The notes under the pieces were generated by a model. That model had not been told where the DNA came from. It saw only the letters and a list, made by a program, of their open reading frames with translations, and searched no databases. 64,000 nt of DNA from Candidatus Omnitrophota bacterium (GTDB lineage: Bacteria; Omnitrophota; Omnitrophia; Omnitrophales; JACROU01), in NCBI GenBank assembly GCA_016214265.1, contig JACROU010000049.1, forward strand, positions 9,589 to 73,588, given 5' to 3'. The position numbers and the translations under genes are program-made. This document shows, piece after piece, positions 19,731 to 28,288 of this stretch; positions within the stretch are counted from its first letter, which is position 1, and each line of letters starts with the position of its first letter.

Positions 19731-22217
19731 ATGAAAAAAGAGCGGGTGAATGAAATATTTGGAGTCATGCTTCTTTTTCTGGGTGCTTTTCTTCTGGCCA
19801 GTCTTTTCTTTCATCACAATGAAGATCATTCTTTCTTCAGTTCTCATGCCGGACAGCCTATCAAAAATCTTACGGGTGTCGCCGGCGTATATATTTCCCA
19901 CTATCTGATCTTAACTCTCGGATTTTCTTCTTATTTTGTGCCCGCAGCCTTTTTCTTTTTGGCGGGATGTCTCTTCCTTCAGAAAGTTCCTGAGCGTAAA
20001 TTCTTCAAATTTATTGGGTTGGGTTTTTTTGTTATTTCTTCAACCGCGATCTTTACGCTACTGACTCCAATGGACCAGAAGGTGAATACTGGAGGATTGG
20101 TCGGATATCTGGTTGCAAATTTTTTGCACGCCTATTTTGGTCAGCTGGGTGGATTGATTCTTTCTATTTCCTGCTTGTTGTTGTCATTTTTACTTGCGAC
20201 AGAATTCTTGCTTTATCCTATCTTTAGAAATATCTGGAATTGGTTTTATTCGGGGCTTCAAGAGCGGGTTGGAGAAAAGAATGCGCGTGAAAAAGAAAAG
20301 AGAGCAACATCGCAGCTAAAGAAAAGTGAAAAAAAGCTGGAGTTTAGCCTTAAAGGATTAAAGGAAAGATCTCAAACTGCGCAATCAAACAAACCTCCGC
20401 AAATCTCTGTAAAAAAAGGTGAGAAGGCGGATATCAAGCAGGTTGAAGTGCGTCCATTTGTGTTTAAAGACGTTCCGCTAAAAGTAAAAAAGTATGATCC
20501 ACTCGCGCTCAAAAGTGAAGTAGCGCTTAAAGATGACAAAAAACCCGTTATTAAAAAAAATGAGATTAAAGAAGATAAGAAGCTGGAAAAGAAAGCTGAG
20601 TCGCTGAAGGAGCAGGAAGTAAAAGAACGGCAAAAAGACGGATTAGTTGCTGAAGCCCCGAAGCTCAAAGAAAAGGACGGTGAGGTTCCTCCGGTGCCTG
20701 TAACTGATGTTGTTTCCATTTCAATCTCAAAATCAGACATCAATTCATCCTATCGGTTTCCAACGCTCGATCTTCTTAACAATCCTGAGCCTGTGACTCA
20801 TAAATTGGAAGATGACTTGGCTGAAAACTCCCGCATTCTTGAACAAACCCTGCGTGATTTTGGTATTGATGTAAAAGTGGTTGAGGTGGAGCAGGGACCT
20901 GTTATTACCCGTTACGAGATTTTGCCTGCCCCAGGTGTGAAGGTAAGCAGTATCACCAGTCTTGAAGATGATTTAGCTCTGGCGCTCAAGGCAACTAGTG
21001 TGCGCATTATAGCGCCGATTCCGGGTAAAGCCGCTGTTGGGATTGAAATTCCCAATTCCACAACCAATATGGTTTTTATCAAAGATTTGCTTGAAACCCG
21101 CGAGTACGCGAATCGCAAGTCGAAATTGCCTCTTGTGCTGGGAAAAGATTCCAGCGGCCGCACGTTGATTGCGGATTTGACGGAGATGCCACATTTGCTG
21201 ATTGCCGGCACAACCGGTTCTGGAAAAACAGTTTGCGTGAATGCGATTATCCTCGGATTTCTTTACTCGCTGTCTCCAGCCGATTTGAAATTGGTGATGA
21301 TTGATCCCAAAATGGTTGAGCTAGCTGTCTATAACAAGATTCCGCACATGATTTCTCCCGTAGTGACTGATGTGCGGAAAGCCGCGCAGTGTCTTAACTG
21401 GGTTGTCGGTGAAATGGAATCCCGTTATCGTCTGCTGGCCCGTGTCGGTGTGCGCAACATTCATTCGTTTAACACGCGCTCTGAAGACGACCGCAGTCGT
21501 GAGACTAATGAGATTCCGGCGAAGCTTCCATATATTGTTGTTATCATCGATGAATTGGCGGACCTCATGATGGTGGCGCAGGACAAAGTGGAGGGTGCGA
21601 TTACCCGATTGGCGCAGCTTTCGCGCGCGGTAGGCATTCACATTATTCTTGCGACTCAGCGGCCGTCCGTTGACGTAATTACAGGCGTGATCAAAGCTAA
21701 TTTCCCGGCCCGTATTTCATTCAAAGTGGCCTCCAAAGTGGATTCGCGCACGGTGCTGGACGGCAATGGAGCCGACACGCTTCTGGGTAAAGGCGATATG
21801 CTTTTCCTTGAACCCGGACAGCCGAAACCTATTCGCGGCCAGGCGGCGCTTGTCAAAGATAACGAAATTAACAAAGTCGTTAAATTTGTTGCCGATCAGG
21901 AAAAGCCGCAATATCTTGAAAGTCTGATGCAAGCTGGTGATCCAAAGCAATCCGGTGTCAGTCAGGAGAAAGATGAGATGTATGACGAGGCCGTGCGTGT
22001 TGTGCTTCAAACCGGACAGGCTTCGGCTTCAATTCTTCAGCGCCGGTTGCGACTTGGCTATTCCCGCGCCTCACGAATGATTGATCAGATGGAACAGAAT
22101 GGTATTGTCGGGCCCTTTCAGGGTTCTAAACCCCGAGAAATTCTAGTCCCGAGGGAGAGTTTTCCGGGAGGCGTTGAATCCTCAGCTTCTGAAAATTCTG
22201 AAGTAACCACGTCTTAA
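19731..22217 (+). CDS. ftsK: DNA translocase FtsK
   Basis: N-terminal 4-TM domain, a K/E-rich linker, a motor domain with Walker A GTTGSGKTVCVN and Walker B VVIIDELADLMM, and a C-terminal gamma winged-helix (QRRLRLGYSRASRMIDQME). ATG at 19731 is preferred to the 19698 start, which overlaps dut. Confidence 0.88.
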   Translation: MKKERVNEIFGVMLLFLGAFLLASLFFHHNEDHSFFSSHAGQPIKNLTGVAGVYISHYLILTLGFSSYFVPAAFFFLAGCLFLQKVPERKFFKFIGLGFFVISSTAIFTLLTPMDQKVNTGGLVGYLVANFLHAYFGQLGGLILSISCLLLSFLLATEFLLYPIFRNIWNWFYSGLQERVGEKNAREKEKRATSQLKKSEKKLEFSLKGLKERSQTAQSNKPPQISVKKGEKADIKQVEVRPFVFKDVPLKVKKYDPLALKSEVALKDDKKPVIKKNEIKEDKKLEKKAESLKEQEVKERQKDGLVAEAPKLKEKDGEVPPVPVTDVVSISISKSDINSSYRFPTLDLLNNPEPVTHKLEDDLAENSRILEQTLRDFGIDVKVVEVEQGPVITRYEILPAPGVKVSSITSLEDDLALALKATSVRIIAPIPGKAAVGIEIPNSTTNMVFIKDLLETREYANRKSKLPLVLGKDSSGRTLIADLTEMPHLLIAGTTGSGKTVCVNAIILGFLYSLSPADLKLVMIDPKMVELAVYNKIPHMISPVVTDVRKAAQCLNWVVGEMESRYRLLARVGVRNIHSFNTRSEDDRSRETNEIPAKLPYIVVIIDELADLMMVAQDKVEGAITRLAQLSRAVGIHIILATQRPSVDVITGVIKANFPARISFKVASKVDSRTVLDGNGADTLLGKGDMLFLEPGQPKPIRGQAALVKDNEINKVVKFVADQEKPQYLESLMQAGDPKQSGVSQEKDEMYDEAVRVVLQTGQASASILQRRLRLGYSRASRMIDQMEQNGIVGPFQGSKPREILVPRESFPGGVESSASENSEVTTS

Positions 22218-22218
22218 A

Positions 22219-22953
22219 ATGCCTTCAAAAAAGCTTAAAATCCTAGTGGTTCAGCATGTTTCCTACGAAAGTTCCGGCATAATGGCTCCGTATTTCAAGA
22301 AATCCGGACATATCGTGAACCATTTCAAGCTCTATGATAAGAAAAGCCGCTTTACGAAAGATTTATTCAAGAATGATGTCTTTCTGTTTATGGGTGGTCC
22401 TATGAGCGTCAATGACGTGAAAGAATTTCCGTGGCTTGTTGACGAGAATCTGTTTATCCAGGATTTGCTTGCCAAAGAAAAAGGCGTGCTCGGGGTTTGC
22501 CTGGGTGCTCAGCTGCTTGCCAAAGCATTGGGGGCGCGAGTTTATCCTGGTCCCAAAAAGGAAATTGGCTGGTATACCGTTGATTTGACAAAAGAGGGTT
22601 TAGAGGATAATTGTTTACAGTCGTTGGAACGGGAGCCCAGAAACCGGGTTCGGGTGTTTCACTGGCATGGCGAGACCTTTGATTTGCCGAAGAAAACCGT
22701 GTGTCTTGCAGGCTCGAAAATTTGTCGGAATCAGGCGTTTAAATTAAATCCGAGAACTTATGCGGTTCAATTCCATCTGGAAATGGATCGTCCTCTGATT
22801 AACCGGTGGCTCGTGCACGGACGGGATGAAATTGTAAAGAGCGGTTTTAAGTCTGGTGTTATTCGTGAGGAGTCAGAAAAATATCTGAAAGGTTATCAGA
22901 AGAATGCTCGCCAGTTCTTCGATGCGTTTATCCATGAAATCTCTAAAAGCTAG
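22219..22953 (+). CDS. class I glutamine amidotransferase-like protein (GATase1)
   Basis: 244 aa. The GVCLGAQLL catalytic-Cys motif and a later His (FHWHGETF, FHLE) fit the GATase1 triad arrangement. Confidence 0.65.
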   Translation: MPSKKLKILVVQHVSYESSGIMAPYFKKSGHIVNHFKLYDKKSRFTKDLFKNDVFLFMGGPMSVNDVKEFPWLVDENLFIQDLLAKEKGVLGVCLGAQLLAKALGARVYPGPKKEIGWYTVDLTKEGLEDNCLQSLEREPRNRVRVFHWHGETFDLPKKTVCLAGSKICRNQAFKLNPRTYAVQFHLEMDRPLINRWLVHGRDEIVKSGFKSGVIREESEKYLKGYQKNARQFFDAFIHEISKS

Positions 22954-24301
22954 TTCTAAAAAAATTTCTGTTGGCATGCTCTCCCTAGGCTGTCCCAAAA
23001 CACTGGTGGATAGTGAGGTTGCGCTCGGCATTCTTCAAAACGAGGATTACGAGATTGCTGATTCCGTCACAGATTGTGATGTGGCGATTGTGAATACCTG
23101 CGCGTTTATTCATGATGCCCGCAAAGAATCAATCGAGAAAATTCTAAGTTTGAGTGTCCTGAAGGATGAGGGGCGCATTCAAAAGCTAGTAGTGATGGGC
23201 TGCCTGGCGCAGAAATATCATCACGAGCTGAAAGATCAAATGCCACAAGTGGACGCGTTTGTCGGCAGTGCGGATTTCCCAAAAATAGCAGAAATTCTTA
23301 ACGATGTCCGCCAGGGCCGTCGTGTGGTCGAAGTGGGAAAACCTCTTTTTCTTTACGATTACGATTCGCCGCGTTTTTCGCTGACACCATCTCATTTTCG
23401 TTACGTTAAAATTTCCGAAGGCTGCAATCACAAATGTTCGTTTTGTATTATTCCTGATTTAAAAGGTCTGCACCGCTCCCGAAGAATTGAGGATGTGATG
23501 AGCGAAGTGCGCGCGCATGGCCGCGCAGGAGTGAAAGAAGTCATTTTAACCGGGCAGGACACCACATTTTACGGAAGGGATTTTGCCGGTGAATTTATGT
23601 TGCCGGAGCTTTTGCGATCTTTGAATTCTGTCGACGAGATTTCATGGATTCGTTTGCTCTATGCCTATCCCGCACATTTAAGCGATGCGATTCTGGACGC
23701 GATTGCAGAATCTCAGAAAATTGTGAAGTACGTGGATGTGCCGTTGCAGCATATTGCTGATCCGATTCTTAAAAGCATGCGCCGTGGCGTGACAAGCGAA
23801 TTTATTCGTGCTTTGGTTAAAAGGATACGGCAGAGAATTCCGGGCGCGGCTATTCGCACCACGTTTATTGTCGGTTTTCCCGGTGAGACAGAGCAAGATT
23901 TTAATGAGTTGCTGGATTTCCTGGAGGAAACGAAATTTGACCGGCTTGGTGTTTTTCCTTATTCTTATGAACAAGATTCTTATTCCGGGACTTTGCCGGA
24001 TCAGATTCCTGACGAAATAAAGGAACAGCGGTTTCATCAGGCGATGAGTCTTCAGCAGAAGATTTCAAAGAAGAATTTCCGGCAGTTGATTGGCAAAACA
24101 CTTCCAGTTTTGATTGAAGGCGTCGCCGAGGAAAAGAAACAGGGTTTTGTGGGGCGTTCATATATGGACGCGCCGGATGTAGATGGTCTGGTTTACGTAA
24201 AATCGAAATCGAATCATAAACTGAAAGCCGGTGATTTGATCCCGTGCCGGATCACTGATTCTTTCGAATACGACCTAGCGGGAGAATATGTCACCGATTA
24301 A
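22934..24301 (+). CDS. rimO: ribosomal protein S12 methylthiotransferase RimO (radical-SAM MTTase)
   Basis: MKSLKASSKKISVGMLSLGCPKTLVDSEVALG matches the RimO MTTase N-domain. Radical-SAM cluster CNHKCSFC and a C-terminal TRAM domain are present. Start chosen at 22934 by analogy to the N-terminal length of E. coli RimO. The track start 22904 overlaps the upstream gene. Confidence 0.75.
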   Translation: MKSLKASSKKISVGMLSLGCPKTLVDSEVALGILQNEDYEIADSVTDCDVAIVNTCAFIHDARKESIEKILSLSVLKDEGRIQKLVVMGCLAQKYHHELKDQMPQVDAFVGSADFPKIAEILNDVRQGRRVVEVGKPLFLYDYDSPRFSLTPSHFRYVKISEGCNHKCSFCIIPDLKGLHRSRRIEDVMSEVRAHGRAGVKEVILTGQDTTFYGRDFAGEFMLPELLRSLNSVDEISWIRLLYAYPAHLSDAILDAIAESQKIVKYVDVPLQHIADPILKSMRRGVTSEFIRALVKRIRQRIPGAAIRTTFIVGFPGETEQDFNELLDFLEETKFDRLGVFPYSYEQDSYSGTLPDQIPDEIKEQRFHQAMSLQQKISKKNFRQLIGKTLPVLIEGVAEEKKQGFVGRSYMDAPDVDGLVYVKSKSNHKLKAGDLIPCRITDSFEYDLAGEYVTD

Positions 24302-24851
24302 AATTACACCGAATCATCTGACGATTATCCGCGTCATCCTCGCATTTGTAACTTTCTATCTCTTAATCCAATCATCATTTACAGCAAGAATTGTTGCGCT
24401 TTTTGTCTTTACTGTGGCCGCGCTTACTGATTTATGGGACGGCCAGTTGGCCCGTAGCGGTGCTATGGTCACCAATTTTGGAAAAATTCTGGATCCCATC
24501 GCAGATAAAATTCTTATCCTTGGTACTTTGTTTATTCTCAGTGATTTGGGAATGTACCCGTTTTGGGCTTTGATTCCTATTTTTGTCAGGGAGGTTGGGG
24601 TGACTGGCATTCGTTTTTATTTTTTGGGGAAAAATATTGTAGTGGCTGCAGAACGAAGCGGGAAGATTAAAGTGATTAGCCAGATCATTTCCCTTTTTGT
24701 CACATATGTTTGTTTGATGGTGAGGGACTATTCCCACTCAAATATCTTTTTTGACCTTGCGAATTATACTTTTCTTGCTGGCGCAACCTGGTTTTCACTT
24801 TCTTCGGGATGGGATTTTCTGAAACATAACTGGAGGAATCTGTATGCATAA
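24288..24851 (+). CDS. pgsA: CDP-diacylglycerol--glycerol-3-phosphate 3-phosphatidyltransferase
   Basis: 187 aa. CDP-alcohol phosphotransferase motif DLWDGQLAR...GKILDPIADK. Multi-TM protein. Confidence 0.8.
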   Translation: MSPIKITPNHLTIIRVILAFVTFYLLIQSSFTARIVALFVFTVAALTDLWDGQLARSGAMVTNFGKILDPIADKILILGTLFILSDLGMYPFWALIPIFVREVGVTGIRFYFLGKNIVVAAERSGKIKVISQIISLFVTYVCLMVRDYSHSNIFFDLANYTFLAGATWFSLSSGWDFLKHNWRNLYA

Positions 24852-25317
24852 ATCATTGCTTAAATTTGTGCTTTCGGCTTTTGGTCTGGGATTTATTCCG
24901 TTTGCACCTGGCACGTGGGGAAGCCTTGGTGGTCTTGCCCTTATTTGGCTGATTCATCGTTATCCCGTGGTTCCTGTTGCCGATCTTCTGATCTTTTTTG
25001 TCCTGTTGTTAATTACCGCCACGTTTGCGTCGGCTTATCTGAAGGTGACTGAGGGGAAAGAAAAAGATCCTCAATTTATCGTTATGGATGAAGTGCTTGG
25101 CATTTTCGCGACATTTATTTCACTACCGCTTAGTTGGACTACGGCAGTGATGGGATTTGTCCTTTTCAGAGTGTTTGATACCTTAAAACCGTTTGGCATC
25201 CGCCGACTTGAAAAAATTGAAGGCGCCACTGGAATTATTCTGGATGATATCGTCGCAGGACTTTTTGCTCATGTTATTGTCTTTATCTACATAAAAGTGG
25301 GCGGCCCGGTATGGTGA
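24844..25317 (+). CDS. pgpA: phosphatidylglycerophosphatase A
   Basis: 157 aa. GLGFIPFAPGTWGSL...VMDEV...FRVFDTLKPFGIRRLE is a PgpA signature. Overlaps pgsA by 8 nt. Confidence 0.8.
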   Translation: MHKSLLKFVLSAFGLGFIPFAPGTWGSLGGLALIWLIHRYPVVPVADLLIFFVLLLITATFASAYLKVTEGKEKDPQFIVMDEVLGIFATFISLPLSWTTAVMGFVLFRVFDTLKPFGIRRLEKIEGATGIILDDIVAGLFAHVIVFIYIKVGGPVW

Positions 25318-26438
25318 GATCTAGTTCAGGGGTTTTTCTTCTTTCTATCGGCTCGGAACTTCTTAAAGGGGAAGTGCTTAACACCAACGTCTTATTTTTA
25401 GGCCGCGTTCTTTTTGAACACGGTATGAAACTTGTTGGAGAGCGTTCCGTGCCGGATGACCCCGCACAAATTCACGTAGCGTTGCGTGAAGTTCTGGAAA
25501 TGTCCGATTTCGTGATTACCTCTGGAGGATTGGGACCGACATTTGATGATATTACGCATCAAACCCTTTCAGATTATTTTTATGGAGCGCAGGAATCGCC
25601 GATCAAGAATCATGTCGGCAAGGCGCCGGGAATCATGTTTCGATCTGCAGATAGAATTGTTATCGCATTGCCTGGTGTTCCCAGAGAATTTGAAGCGATG
25701 ATGCTGAAGGAAGTTCTTCCCAAGTATCTTGTAATGAAAAGAAGGAAGCTTGATTCTTTTTCTGTTAAGGCCGTTGGGATTTCAGAAGTTGATTTTCTAA
25801 AAAAGCTAGGGATGCTTCCTGATCCTCGGAATGTGGAATGCGGGATTTATCCATCGCTTGGGGAAGTCCGGTTTACCGCAGTGGGCAATAACTTACAGGC
25901 GTTGAAGAAGAAGCTTCAATCAAAGCTGAAGGATTATATTTACTCGTTTGATAACTCGGAGAGTTTCGAGCAGATTTTGGGTAAGCTGCTTTGCGCGAAA
26001 AAGAAAACTCTTTCTGTGGCGGAAAGTTGCACTGGTGGTTTAGTGACAAAACTTCTCACAGATATTCCTGGATCTTCCAAGTATTTTGTTGGCGGCATTA
26101 TTGCCTACGCCAATTCGGTAAAAGAAAATTTTGCGAATGTTCCGAAGTCCGTACTGTCAAGATACGGTGCTGTATCGAAAGAAGCCGGGATGTTATTGGC
26201 AGCGAATGTCCGCGCGCTGATGAACAGCAACTACGGAATTGGAATTACCGGAATTGCGGGGCCTGGTGGGGGTACGAAACAGAAACCTGTTGGACTTGTT
26301 TTTATTGCCGTAGCCAATTCAAAGCAGACATTTGTTGAGAAATTTCAATTTCGAGGCGACCGTGAACGCGTGCGACTACTGGCGGCCAAACGAGCGTTTT
26401 ATCTTTTATGGCACAAAATCAAATTCGAGCGTTTTTAG
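25311..26438 (+). CDS. cinA: competence/damage-inducible protein CinA (MoCF-binding plus CinA C-terminal domain)
   Basis: 375 aa. The N-terminal MoaB/MogA-like fold has TSGGLGPTFDDIT. The C-terminal CinA domain has LSVAESCTGGL...GIGITGIAGPGGG. Confidence 0.8.
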   Translation: MVRSSSGVFLLSIGSELLKGEVLNTNVLFLGRVLFEHGMKLVGERSVPDDPAQIHVALREVLEMSDFVITSGGLGPTFDDITHQTLSDYFYGAQESPIKNHVGKAPGIMFRSADRIVIALPGVPREFEAMMLKEVLPKYLVMKRRKLDSFSVKAVGISEVDFLKKLGMLPDPRNVECGIYPSLGEVRFTAVGNNLQALKKKLQSKLKDYIYSFDNSESFEQILGKLLCAKKKTLSVAESCTGGLVTKLLTDIPGSSKYFVGGIIAYANSVKENFANVPKSVLSRYGAVSKEAGMLLAANVRALMNSNYGIGITGIAGPGGGTKQKPVGLVFIAVANSKQTFVEKFQFRGDRERVRLLAAKRAFYLLWHKIKFERF

Positions 26439-26995
26439 CCGTTCCTTTCGGAGAAATTTTCGAGAAGGAATTCTCGAGACTCGAAAAAGCATTCGCTGCT
26501 TATTCGAACGACATTAAATTCACGGATCCTCGTAATGTACATTTGACACTTCATTTCTTTGGATCCATTGATATCGAAAGAGTGGAAACTATCACATTGA
26601 TGCTTCGGAACTTGGCATCGCGGTTTCGTGCTTTTGATTTAGCGCTAAAAGATATCGGTGCGTTTCCGAATGTTAATCACCCAAAAGTGTTGTGGGTGGG
26701 GCTTGATGGGAATATCTGCGAACTTAAGGATTTAAAAGAAGCTTGCGATTTGGAGCTGGTTCGAATCGGTGTTCCGATTGAAGGACGGGATTTTAATCCC
26801 CATTTAACTTTAGGTCGTGTTCGTGAGGGGTCCCGGGTTCATATTATCATTCCGGATTTTCTAAAAAATTACACCTATGAACAAAAGCAAAAAGTCCGTG
26901 AAATTGTCCTTTTTCAAAGTGAACTTACAGCGAAAGGGCCCATCCACACGCCGCTCGAGCGCTTTGAGTTCAAATCTTCTCCTCGAAATTTATAA
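26408..26995 (+). CDS. thpR: RNA 2',3'-cyclic phosphodiesterase (2H family, LigT/ThpR)
   Basis: 195 aa with two H-x-T-x motifs (HLTLHFFG and HLTLGRV). Confidence 0.75.
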   Translation: MAQNQIRAFLAVPFGEIFEKEFSRLEKAFAAYSNDIKFTDPRNVHLTLHFFGSIDIERVETITLMLRNLASRFRAFDLALKDIGAFPNVNHPKVLWVGLDGNICELKDLKEACDLELVRIGVPIEGRDFNPHLTLGRVREGSRVHIIIPDFLKNYTYEQKQKVREIVLFQSELTAKGPIHTPLERFEFKSSPRNL

Positions 26996-27611
26996 ACGGT
27001 TGCGCCAGGATGGCGGGGATCAGAAATGGTGGCCAGGGGATACCCCATTTGAGGTGATGGTGGGAGCAATACTCACTCAAAATACGGCCTGGACGAATGT
27101 GGAAAAGGCTATAAATAATTTAAAACTCGCAAAAGTGCTTCATCCCAAGAAACTCGATCGGGCACCTCTTGCGCAGCTGCGTGTCTGGCTGAAACCCAGC
27201 GGGTTTTTTAATATCAAGACAAAGCGTCTGAAGCACTTCCTGGATTTTTTTAAATCGAGATACCAATTTTCGGTTGAAAAAATGAAGAGAGTTGATGCGA
27301 TAGCTCTTCGCCATGAGTTGCTTTTAGTGAACGGAATTGGCAAAGAGACGGCCGATTCCATTCTGCTTTATGCGCTCGGGAAGAAAATATTTGTGGTAGA
27401 TGCGTATACCCGCCGTATATTTTCACGGCATAATCTGATTGAAAAAGATTTGCCATATGATGACATCCGAAATTGGTTTGAAAAGCAACTTCCAGCCGCG
27501 CAGGAAATTTATAATGATTATCATGCCCAAATCGTTCGGATCGGGAAAGACTATTGCCGCAAGAATCCCGACTGTGGACGTTGTCCGCTAGAATTTCTTT
27601 TCCATAAATAA
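26877..27611 (+). CDS. HhH-GPD base-excision DNA glycosylase (endonuclease III-like)
   Basis: EVMVGAILTQNTAWTNVEKA...LLVNGIGKETADSILLYALGK (HhH-GPD) and a C-terminal Cys cluster CRKNPDCGRCPL. The track start overlaps thpR by about 120 nt. The true start is probably internal, for example TTG near 26963. Confidence 0.6.
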   Translation: MNKSKKSVKLSFFKVNLQRKGPSTRRSSALSSNLLLEIYKRLRQDGGDQKWWPGDTPFEVMVGAILTQNTAWTNVEKAINNLKLAKVLHPKKLDRAPLAQLRVWLKPSGFFNIKTKRLKHFLDFFKSRYQFSVEKMKRVDAIALRHELLLVNGIGKETADSILLYALGKKIFVVDAYTRRIFSRHNLIEKDLPYDDIRNWFEKQLPAAQEIYNDYHAQIVRIGKDYCRKNPDCGRCPLEFLFHK

Positions 27612-27747
27612 AACCTTCCATTAGCCTCTTTAATTAGTCGTTAATTTGCAAGGATGCAGGGTGGAAGTTATACTTAGCTTGTGACGTCTAACTCATTTAT
27701 TTTAAAGTGGATAGAAGTTCTTTCGTCGCAATGACGGGGAGCACAAT

Positions 27748-28263
27748 ATGGAGTCTCAATCAAAGGGCCAACGAATTGGTGAAATTCTTCTGGATCACGG
27801 AATTTTGAGCAGGGAAGAATTAAACAAGGCTCTTGAAACCCAAAAGGCAAAGGGTGGGTTGATTGGAGCAATTTTGGTGAATAGTGGTTTTGTGAAGGAA
27901 GAGGATCTGGCCTTTGCATTAGCAAAGCAATTTAATTACCCCTTTCTTTCCTTGGATAACGTAACCGTGAATAGGAATTTGATGAAAGAGTTTGGCAGAG
28001 AATTTCTGCTTGAGAATTGCTTTGTGCCGATCGAAAAGACCCGTGATGTGCTGACGGTTGCACTGGCTGATCCTTCAGATGATGAAACCATCAAGAAAAT
28101 ACAATCAAAGACAAATTTGAGTATTTTGGCTTTTGTCGGTGGCGTAAAACAAATTGAAGAAATGATACGCAGGGTTTTTGGCGGAACCAAAGAAAGTGAT
28201 TCTATTAAAACGGATTCAATTTTAAAAAAAGCGGCAGAAGACAAAATGAAAGACAAGAAGTGA
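27748..28263 (+). CDS. standalone MshEN (c-di-GMP-binding) plus GspE/PilB N-terminal domain protein, no ATPase domain
   Basis: 171 aa. Residues 9-61 give RIGEILLDHGILSREELNKALETQ-KAKGG-LIGAILVNSGFVKEEDLAFALAKQ, i.e. two 24-residue MshEN motifs (RLGxxLLxxGLIxxxxLxxxLxxQ) separated by a 5-residue spacer. A GSPII_E_N-like region follows (FLSLDNVTVNRNLMKEF...LTVALADPSD). The protein ends before any Walker motifs. Confidence 0.7.
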   Translation: MESQSKGQRIGEILLDHGILSREELNKALETQKAKGGLIGAILVNSGFVKEEDLAFALAKQFNYPFLSLDNVTVNRNLMKEFGREFLLENCFVPIEKTRDVLTVALADPSDDETIKKIQSKTNLSILAFVGGVKQIEEMIRRVFGGTKESDSIKTDSILKKAAEDKMKDKK

Positions 28264-28288
28264 TGTTGTAAAAAGAGGAGGGGCGCAA

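Noticed and set aside
27612-27747. Possible sigma54 promoter or structured RNA upstream of the MshEN/pilB genes (TTGCA at about 27642; CTTCCA...TGGAAG inverted repeat)
   Set aside because: No GG at -24 relative to the TTGCA. The inverted repeat is 6 bp with a 40-nt loop. Neither is convincing.
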